In this document: piece after piece, positions 13,581 through 23,166 of the stretch
How positions within the stretch are numbered: the first letter of the stretch is position 1
Layout of the letters: every line of letters starts with the position of its first letter
Assembly: GCF_024521635.1 (NCBI RefSeq)
Contig: NW_026250418.1
Location: forward strand, 682,001 to 746,000
DNA length: 64,000 nucleotides
Source: Tricharina praecox
Taxonomy: Eukaryota
Direction: 5' to 3'
Position numbers and translations under genes: made by a program
Notes under the pieces: model-generated
Told to the model about the DNA's origin: nothing
The model's database searches: none
What the model saw: the letters and a program-made list of their open reading frames with translations, nothing else

Positions 13581-16500
13581 ATGGATTCACACCCTTCCCA
13601 GTCAAGACAACACGCCGGCGTCGGCACAGATCGAGACGAAGGAGACGAAGATCTATACTTGCAACCGTTCACTCCCGATGAATCCAATGCGAATTTCAGC
13701 TTCACGGCCGCTCCCAAGATGACCAAGTCGTTGATGTCTCATCCCTCGATGCCATCTTCGTCTTCTGTTCACCACCAGCAGCAGCATCAGCAGCATAAGA
13801 ACTCTAGTGCTCCGGCCGAGCAGCAGCAGAACTCCGGTACGGCCGAGCAGCAGCGGACTCCAGTACGCTTCATGGGAAATGGTAAGGATTTCATGTCTTG
13901 CCGCCGTGATGTTACATAGGTCTATGGATTACTAACGGTTATACTGTAAGATATGAGACTACCGGTACCGAATATTGGTGCCAGTACTTCGAGGACCGCT
14001 GCTTCTTCTGCAGCCGGCATGAGAAGAATTGGTGGAACGGGGCCTTCGGATAGTTCCAAACAGCACAATTCGTCGTTTAGACCTCCGCCCGGTCGTGGTC
14101 AGGCTCCGAGGCCCCAGAGTCGTTGTGATGCTGAGCGTTCTTCGGAGTACCCACGGCAGCAGCAACAACAACCTTCAGGAGGCCCTTTGACATCACAACA
14201 GGCCGGCGAATTCGGACCAAGCGGCGGCAACAAAGCTCCAGTAAAGAAGAGGAAGTCCATTGCAGTATCACAACCAATCGCAACCAACTACCCTTCGAGT
14301 AATAAACGAGACCCCGGAGGTCCTCCACCTGGACCGGAGGATTTGGTGATTGTGTTGGAAGATGACGAGGCAATACAAGATATCGACAAGCGACTAGTCG
14401 AGAGCGGCACAGGGCGTCCAACGCGACCTTCCCAGATGAAATCACGGACTCGTTCAATGGACACTCCGGGCGTCATAGCTCATCCCGGTCAAACTTCATC
14501 ACGGAGACGTCCAGAAACTCCACGTCTGCAAAATGCAGGAGGCGGCTCGCAAGGGAGCACTGTCCATATCCTCAACCGGACTATTAATGACCTTATGTCC
14601 CGGAATACTACGCTTGAGGGAGATGTCGATAGCCTCAGCCACGCCATCCAAAGTCAGAAGAAGATCATCGAAGCGGCGGAAACTAGAGTTGAGTCGCTCT
14701 CTGCCAGCCTTAAAGCTCAAACAGATTGCAAGACCGAGATTCTCAGCAAGCAGAGCAGGCTGGAGAAGTTTTTGCGTGCGATCGGGGAGGATTACAATAC
14801 ACTCAACACCCGCAACCTCGACCTAAACAACAGACTGAAGGAGGCCCTCACTGAAAAGGATAATATCCGGGATGAAATGGAGAGTACTCGAACTACTTTT
14901 CTACGGGCGCTTGAGGAACTTGAGCGTGAGCGTGTCAACTTCCGTGAGCGGGCAGCAGTGATCCATAGCCAAATCAATGGAATGCGCGATTTGCAGAAAT
15001 TCAGGGAAGCAGAGCTCAACGAAAAAGCCAGTCTCCTTGCGGAGGAACGAGACCGTTCACAGGCCCTGGAGATGCAGATCAGTGAAATACAGAAGGCTCG
15101 GCTATGTGACGCGGAGAAGTTTGAAGAGATGAAGTCTTTGTTGGCAGAATTGAACACCTCTCTGATGAGTAAGATTGTGGAAAGTGATAACATCAATGCT
15201 GAGAAGTGAGTTAACTCTCCAATTATCGTATATTTTCTGACGGGTGCAGGTTGAATAAGTGCTTTGAAGGCATAGTCAATTTGCAGTCGGTAGGTGGTCA
15301 AATAAATGCCCACCTCTTCGCGACGAAAAGTCTCCTGAAGAATGCATATCAGCAGTAGGTATTCCGATTCTAGTTTCCACGGTAGTCTGCTAATACCCTG
15401 ATGCAGAATTGCCTCCGAGATACAGGAGGGTCAGAAAAACCACGCTATAGACATATCTGACAGGATCTGGGCCCATATGGCGAAAGCAACTGATGATCTT
15501 GCCGAGTCCGTCCAAACGAGCATGGCAGACGCCGCACAGGATATCACCCACATACTTTCGAGGGAGCTGAAGACCAGATTTGATTCGGCATTACAAGACT
15601 TGGACAAGATTTCTCACGTACTGGAGGCAGTCCCAGATCGTGTTTCGGTATCTCTAAAGGACTACACGCATTCAGCGACGGAATCCCTAAATGCAATTTC
15701 CAGTTTACTGCAAACGAACGCCGATAAGAGCTTGGTCGTCTTCGAGGGGAAGGCTGAGGTCGCTCTGGCAGAAATGGACAAAAAAACTCAGTCTTTTCAC
15801 GCCGACATAGCTGAGAAAGTGCAGTCGACAGCGGTTGTCCTGACTGAAACAATTCAGAGCAAGATGAACGCGACAGCGGGCGTTATCTTCCAGAAGCTCG
15901 GGGTATCCTCAAAAGAGCTCACTGTGTCAATTAGGCACAATCTATCCAGAGAGCTTGAGTCAGCGGTGATCTCATCTACAGCCCAACTGTCAGATGAGGT
16001 CTGCAAAACCATCAAGGACAAGATGGAACTTACGTTGAAGGATTTTGATACTGTCGCCAAACTGTAGGCGAATTCACTCATTACCGATGCGCGAGCCTTA
16101 CTGATATGCCGCTTAGTATTACCGTTGCGTCGTTGAAATTCAACCAGGAGACCAAGGATGAGGCTGTGGGGGACGAGAGGTAAGCGCAAATGGTGGTCTA
16201 CAATGAAACGTGATAGGAGTTGACTTCCGTGCAGAGTAATGCAAATGCAAGAGATTATCGTTGGTCTCCAGAAGACCATCGACTCTCTGACGAATACCGT
16301 CAGAGAGAGCTGGACACAATGGAGCAATGATCTGAAGGCCATGTACGAGGTTAGACTTCAGGAGAATGAGGTCCGTTATCAAGAAACCGAGCAGCGGCGT
16401 CTCGCGAGTGAGGAGCAAAACAGCAAGCTTCTTGAGCAGATAGCTCGTCAAAACCTTGAGTCGCAGCAGAAGCAGGAGTCCCAGAAAAGGTAATAAATGG

Positions 16501-18260
16501 GTCTATTTTGGGCTAGAACGATGAGCTAATCAAACTTGTTAGGGAATCTGATTATGGAGAAGGCCAGCGCGAATCGCCAGCAGAGTCAACAATCCGAGTG
16601 ACGATTGACGATTTGAAGCAAGAGGTTTGGCAGAAAGGAGCCCAGCTCGAAACACTCAAGACGGAGAAAGAACTGCTCGAGCAAAAGATTGATCAGATCA
16701 TTACCGAGAGAAAGGAGGTCGAAGAAAAAGGCCACGCCCACCGTGTGATGCTAATGAGGAAGTTGCAGTCTAGGATTGATGGACTGGAGATGCAAAACGC
16801 GAACCTATGCAGGCAGCTGAGGGAGATGCAGTTGAACTCGGACAATTCTAAGCAGGCGGAAGTTGTGAGTCTGAAGTCGGAGAACTCCGATTTGCACACC
16901 AAGCTTGACCTTTTCAATGCGGAGTTTCAACGTTTGTCTGTTATGCTAGAGGAAAAGGAGAAAGTCGTCATTGAGAAGGACGAGTTTATCTCCAGGCTGG
17001 AGGAGGAGGCTCAGGTCGTCACACTACTCGAGCAGCAAATCGTGGAACAGTCAAGGAAGATCTCGTCCCATCTCGAAACGATCCGGTCCATCGACCGCGA
17101 TCGTAAGAAGACCCTTCAAGAGAAAGAAGCGATCGAAGCTCGGATCGAATCGCTTGAAAAGGAAAAGAAAGAGTTTCTGCAACGTATTTCCACACTGGAG
17201 GGCGACAAAGGACAGCTGGAGGTGATTATTCAAGAGAGCAAGGGAAAGATGCAGAACCCGGAGGAAAAACTAACCGTGACCGATCATCACCCCGAGAAGC
17301 TCCAGGTGAATCTCGATAGGGCTGTGGAACCGAACGAGGAAGCGGCGCACATTGATTTCCTCAACGCTAACCATCAATTTGTGGCCAATGCAATGACTGA
17401 CATGAATTTGCTGCCTGCACACATGGATCTTCTTGCTGCAAACGAAGATCATCCTATTGCGGACGTAGGTCTCCCTGTACAATCAATTGGGGATAAAGTA
17501 AACTAACATGGAATCATATCAGAACGTTGCTATCCTTGAAGGCCCTTCTGACGAAACGCTCCCCAGTAGCCCTCCGATAGCAGGCCATAGAGCCGTAATG
17601 CGTACCTTTTCTCAGCCGAGTAGAGGTGATTCAGTGTCAGGTGGTAGCTCTGCTGGTCAGGTTCCTCGGCCTGGACTCCAGGGAATTTCCGTTGGGGTCC
17701 ATATTGCTAAAGAAGCCTCAAACCCGAATGACGAGATGGAACCGGGCATTCCACGCCAGCAAGTCGAAGTGCTGTTAACGCCAGGGAAGCCAATCACCAC
17801 TACAAACACCCATGAAGCCGGTAGTAAGAAGCGGAGGAGAAAAGAGACAGCTATCCAGAGCCCGCTGCCAGCGCCCAAGCGTCCAGCCAAGCGGACGACC
17901 CGGCAACCCGCGCCTCAGCCGGCTCAGGCGTCCATGTCCACGGCGAAACAGCACCCTCGAATTAATGCTCCGCGAACCCTATTGAGCTCCCCCAGCACTC
18001 CCGCAAATGCTAAGGCTCCTATTGAGCCGTCCTCCGAGGCTCAACCGCACCAAGTTCAACACCAGCTGGAAGATGCTATCCACGCTGGAGTTCAGGCTTT
18101 TGCTGATCCGGCTGCTCCTCCTGTTCCCGTTTTTACTTCTCCTCCCAAGACACCGGTCCAAGGTTCTAAGAAGGCCTCTGCCAAAGTTCCTGCCAAGGTT
18201 CCCGGTATTCGCAAGAGGTCTTTTGTTAAGAAGCGACAGGCTTACAGTGATCTCGCATGA
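13581..18260 (+). CDS. Large coiled-coil protein (~1430 aa, 8 exons), function unknown
   Basis: ORFs at 13467, 13953, 15477, 16239, 16598 and 17508 join in frame through GT-AG introns (13882-13950, 15206-15249, ~15355-15406, ~16065-16116, ~16180-16234, ~16490-16542, ~17466-17522). It has long heptad-rich helices with disordered termini. Confidence 0.85.
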
Positions 18261-18894
18261 AGAGAGGATGAAAAAGAGGTGGTAGAGAGTTGCTGTTTAC
18301 ATTTGTTACGTTTTTATTTTTGCTCTTTGCAACTTGATTTTACGCTTTGCTACGGCCGCGCTTCTGATGGATGGGAGGACATCGTCTTTAGCGTGTCTTT
18401 GATTGTCGCTTTTCTGTGATTTACTTGACTTGATTTCGTTCTATGGTTGTTGACGGTTGGTGAAGAAAGGATTGACTGACTGCTTATTTCATAAAGTTGT
18501 GGAGGTCAGATCTGGCGTGTAATGTTCTTTTGTGTTTATTTCTATGCACTTTCCTTCTGTGCTGATTTGAATTGTTTTTCTCCTCGTTCCCTCTCCATAG
18601 TGCTTACATTGAATCTATGGAGAATTGAATAAAAATGTGATTTCTTTTGTACATTTTACTAGTTTTGTGTGATGATTCATGATTGGCTATCATTGGTGAA
18701 ATTTCCAAATAACGGTTCAGTTAGTTTTGTTGGATAGTCTCGCAATCGCTAAGTTTGGGAGCGAGCATGGAAAGCGAATAACAAGTATAGGTATTGGGCT
18801 AGCCAAAAGAACCATTTTCTATTCAACTGATACGGGAGATGGCTGTTGGGGAAGAGTGATGCCATAACAGCCCGCCAACCCTCGATATGGTGAC

Positions 18895-19265
18895 TATTTA
18901 TGGACCGATCGACTCATCACTCATCTGGGGAATGCTCATCTCGTTCTAGGAGTCGGGATACTCGAGCATCGTACGTACGTAAATATTCTTACACGACTTA
19001 CAAGCCTCATGCAAGTTGCCAAACATTCGTTCATCCCGCGAGCACACCCTTCTGCAATCGCCCGCGAAGTTACGCTGCTGAAATAAGAGTACCCAGTATT
19101 CGCCGACGGGGTGGGATGGCGTGAATAGTGGTAGGGTACTGGGGTAGCCGGGGTGTAGTTCTTGCCGCCGCCGGAAGGGATGTGGGTGGGGGGGAGGGGG
19201 GGAGGGGGGGGGGGGGGGGGGGGGGGGGTTGTGGAGGTCTCACAGGTCTCACTGGTCTCGATCAT
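18895..19265 (-). CDS. Possible small proline-rich orphan gene
   Basis: ORF 18936..19265 has a poly-Pro run, a GTAAGT donor at ~19001 and a possible short terminal exon. No homology recognised. Confidence 0.2.
19187..19228 (+). repeat. Poly-G tract (~40 nt, G-quadruplex-prone)
   Basis: Run of G interrupted by two A residues. Confidence 0.9.
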
Positions 19266-19544
19266 GTGATTGTGTTTCGGGTAGGTAAGATCAGCAGCAC
19301 AAAATTCTGTCGGTAAAAGAGTTTATGAGAGCTTCGCACTTGCCACTCCCCGGGGACGTTATTGCGCCTCAAGCCCTCCAACCAGAAAGCGGGAAATGGC
19401 ACGGGAGTGGTGGCCACGACGCTGACACCAGCCAGTTCATGGCCAATCTGGCACCCTCGACCAGTGCACGCAACAGCCCGAAAAGCCCATGGGCTGGGCT
19501 GGGGCTGGTGGGCTGATCTGATAGCCCGAGCTGGCGCCGATGGG

Positions 19545-19870
19545 CTGGCAGCCCAGCCCGGGCTATTAGTTGGGCTGGGCGGGCTGGAGAGTGTTATGTT
19601 CCGCTGGGGCACACTGACCGCTCAGATTGAGATAGTAGCCGTTGATAACCCACGCACTATATGTGTTCTCAGCTCCGGGGAATACCGAAGCGTTATCGCA
19701 GATCTTGACGAACACATCCCTCCCGACGTAAACACGTTTGCTGTCGACCTCATAATAGTACCTGTTGACATCGGGCCCCAAGTCGGCGGCAGGCACAATA
19801 TTATTGCGGCAGGCACAATATTATTAGAGGGCAGACCGTCAGGCGTGTTGTTCGTGGGCGGCGTAGTCAT
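19545..19870 (-). pseudogene. Frameshifted paralog of the 21.7-kb orphan gene
   Basis: MTTPPTNNTPDGLPSNNIVPA is shifted out of frame from ADLGPDVNRYYY..VFVKICDNASVF..YSAWV by an exact 20-nt tandem duplication (19786-19805/19806-19825). It is followed by a GTCAGT..CTAAT..CAG intron (19618-19545). The 3' end was not determined. Confidence 0.65.
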
Positions 19871-20984
19871 TGTGGGGGGATGGGAAGGGCCCGGGCGTTG
19901 ATCGATGGAGAGGGGGCAGGTGTTGGCAATCGTGTCTGGGAGGAGTACCCCACATAAGCCCTGAGTGCGCACTGGATAGGCGAAGGTCTCAGGATGCATT
20001 CGGAGCTGACTAATCAGCGGGGGCGCAGGAAGAATCCAACCACTCCCCGCATGGTACTCTAGAAGTTACACTTTGTGATGTACGGCACGGCCGAACTCAA
20101 AAGAAAATGTAATGTGAAAAGGTTATCCTTCTATGTAACTGGCAGTCGGAAAGGCCCTTAACTATGTAAATTCACTGTCCGAAACAGATTAGTTGGCCTT
20201 GGCCACCCAATCCTAAAACAAACGTCTCTCATGCTTCTTCAGCGTCTCTCGTGTTTCTCAAATGCTCCGCATATTCTCCTCCTGTGCCCATCATGTCCGC
20301 CACATGCCAACTATCCTTCATGGGTTCGCTATCCCCTCATGGCGTACAACATTACCTGTACGTCGTGCAAATAGTCCAGACCTCTGCTCTCATTGACCGC
20401 CGGGAGCTCAGTTCCGATGGGGAGCGGTGATGATCTCGAAGGAAGCTGGCCACCGGTGCCACAACCAAGGTCAACGACATCCTCTATCATACTTTCAACC
20501 GATATCCTTCCGAAGTTTCGCCTGACCGCAGAGCACAGCGTAACTACATACAGACAGCCATCACCAGAGCACGACCCGGAGTTTATCATTCACCCACTGC
20601 TCTCTCTCGACGTTCGGCTGTAGTTCTTTTCCGCTCACAGCCGTGAACTCCACAGCTCCTGTACTGCACCCTCGCGCGGCGGAGGTGAGAGTGGAGTGCA
20701 GAGGCATTGCTGATAAGTAGTGGCTGGGTGTGGAAATGGTGCTACTACCTATGTGCGATGGATAGGACTCAGCTCTGCGTGAGCCTTACACTGATTATTA
20801 TGGAGAATGCACGGCGATTAGGAGACGAGATCGGAATCATACGATGCGATGTCAATTTTAAGATGGCTAGACAGTGAACAAACTTCGGTATTACCCCCTA
20901 TTTTCCGAAGAGAGGGTGGATGGATGAGGTTTAGGGATTACTACGTGGTGTTAGACACTAGTTGTTTCCAACGAAGTAATGGGA

Positions 20985-21755
20985 TTAATTACCAGAAACC
21001 GACGTCAGAAGAAAGGTGAATGGTACCCTCTTCCTCTTTCCAGCCAATGCCATTGCCTCCTCCGTCGACATGGCGATCAATTCCTCCAGGCTGGGTGGTG
21101 GCATCGGAACCGTCGTTTGGAACTTCTCCTCAACTACCTGTGGTACCCGATCTAATCGTATGTATGGTTGTTCTGAATGATTGAAGGTGCACATGTGTTT
21201 AATAAGGTTCTGTTTACGCAGTACTGTACATACCAGAGCCCGTGGTTAGTGAATGCAACGAGTGCAAAGTGATATCTTGTTCTCGGGGAGACTGAAGCTC
21301 GATGCGCACGTCCGTAACAAGGTGCTTCTCATGTTGTGGAGCTGTACATACCAGAGCCCGTGGCTAGTGAACGCAACGAGTTCAAAGTGGTCCCTTGTTC
21401 TAGGGGAGACTGACACGATAAACGACGCTCGAGCATCAATCTCTGACGACGGCCCAAGTCATCTAGATCTGTACATACCAGAGCCCGTGGTTAGTGAATG
21501 CAACGAGTGCAAAGTGGTATCTTGTTCTCAGGGAGACTGACCCTCGGTGAGGCAGACCCACGCTGAATAATGATCGCCGGAAAATAACGAAGCGTTTTTG
21601 CAGAGTTTGATGAACTCGCTCCTCACGGTCGAGAGGATGGGGCCATTGGTATAATAATAGCTGTTCACATCCGGACCGACGTCGGCAACAGGCACAATTG
21701 TCTTGGATGGCGGGCCGGAGGGCATGATGTTCTTGGATGGCGGGTCGGAGGACAT
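20985..21755 (-). CDS. Small orphan gene (183 aa if all three repeat-introns are spliced)
   Basis: Exons 21755-21542, 21468-21415 (54 nt), 21341-21297 (45 nt) and 21223-20985 form one open frame. The last intron donor reads TT rather than GT, so this allele may be defective. Confidence 0.6.
21224..21541 (-). repeat. Three near-identical 72-73-nt repeats that read as spliceosomal introns (introner-like)
   Basis: Copies are at 21224-21295, 21342-21413 and 21469-21540. The outer copies differ at 2 nt and the middle copy at ~7 nt. The minus strand reads (G)TCAGT...CTAAC...TACAG. Confidence 0.9.
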
Positions 21756-21762
21756 GATGTTC
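21703..21762. repeat. 30-bp tandem duplication in the orphan gene 5' coding region
   Basis: (C)TTGGATGGCGGG(C/T)CGGAGG(G/A)CATGATGTT occurs twice and encodes MSSDPPSKNI/MPSGPPSKTI. Confidence 0.85.
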
Positions 21763-22374
21763 GTGGGCTGCGTAAACAGTGCGGGGTCAGGGGGCAGGGA
21801 GTAGGATGGTGACGATGAAGATTAGCGTGGGGCTGGCGGGCCGCTGAGTGCGCACTTGATACCTACTACCTAAGCGAACGTCTAAGGATGCATCTAAATC
21901 TGACTAAGCAGCTACAAGTATCCAACTAATCCTTAGCACCCGAGTCAATTCGCACCCGTTCCCCAGACCTTCATTTCGCTTACCTTTTCTCACGGAACGG
22001 AAGACAGAGAGAGAGAGAGCTGTGAAGTGTTGACACCCTGATGAGCGATGAACGGTGCGGATGGTTGGATGCGGAGGGGTATTGCGTGGCAGAACACAGG
22101 CATTTCGACGACAGTACGGCCGGTTCCTGGTCACTCATTCGACTATACATGTTAGGGATACCATACGTAAAGTCTGAGGCGTGACGGTAGATTATCAGGT
22201 GTGGTCCGCAGCAGCGGGTAACCTTCGCTAGCACTTCACCTCTCTATCGTTAGTTTGAAGCGGCTCCAAACGTGGCTCCCCCACCACCCAAAGCACCCTT
22301 GTAAATTCTCCAACGTCCCACCTCCACCAAACGCGCTTCGCACCGATTCCACCAGCACCACCGTCAAATCCGCC

Positions 22375-22706
22375 ATGGCCAAGAAAGGCACGCGCGCACA
22401 CACCCTTCGCGCCTTCCCCTGCCTCAACCAGCTACCTGGCTAACACGCATCGCAGCGAAATCTCGAACGGTTGCCGTGCGTCTGATCTCGATGGCGATGA
22501 CGGGGTACTACAAGACTTTCGTGCGGCCGCGCACCCACCGCCCGCTCAGCATGATCAAATACGATCCCGTCGGTATGTTTTCTTTCGTCCGCGGAGGTCC
22601 GCGGGAGGTCCGGCGGGGTCAAGGATTGCGGATGGCCGCTGACCCGGTGCCGGCAGTGAAGCGCAGCGTGCTCTTCCTCGAGCAGAAGCGGAAGGGAGGG
22701 AAATAA
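22375..22706 (+). CDS. MRPL39: Mitochondrial ribosomal protein bL33m (yeast Mrpl39), 3 exons
   Basis: The spliced product is [59 protein letters not shown]. Introns are 22388-22455 (GC-AG) and 22573-22656. Confidence 0.93.
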
Positions 22707-22904
22707 ACGTCGGTGTGGGGGGAGTCGCACGATCGGCGAGGGAGGCTACGGGGTGCGGGATTGGGCTGCGGACGGTGACGGTCGTGTACTGTAGCGATAG
22801 AACGGGTCTTTCCTTTCTCACCGACGGTCGGGCGGCGGCGGCGCGGGCGGCCGGGTGGTTGCGGACACGGGTAGCCGGATTCAACGTGATGGCGGGGGTT
22901 GGCG

Positions 22905-23166
22905 ACTCGGGCTGAGGATTGACTCCGCCGAGTGAACTGGACGGAACGAACTCACTGAGACGCGTGCCAGTGAAGTGGTGCGGCTGGTATGGACTCCCTT
23001 CGGCTTTCACCCGCCTCATCCACTGCCGCCAATTCCCACACTGGAACCCCAGACGCCCGTAGAAACAGACGTTTGTGAGCAAGCGGTGGCCACTTGCTTC
23101 TCCGGGGTGTAGCCGGCGTGAGAACCTCCGGCTCTACAGGAGCTTTTGCACCCGGGAGTTGGGGAT
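22905..23166 (-). ncRNA. Candidate structured non-coding RNA (unassigned)
   Basis: Consecutive and nested hairpins whose mismatches become G-U pairs only on the minus strand. No known snRNA, SRP or RNase P motif was matched. Confidence 0.35.

Noticed and set aside
21224..21540. CRISPR array
   Set aside because: The context is fungal with no cas genes. The 72-nt repeats are too long, and splice signals plus in-frame spacers explain the pattern better.
22995..23025. Hammerhead ribozyme-like GGAUGAGGC..GAAAGCCGAAG (minus strand)
   Set aside because: It lacks the invariant CUGANGA and GAAA core and the cleavage triplet geometry.
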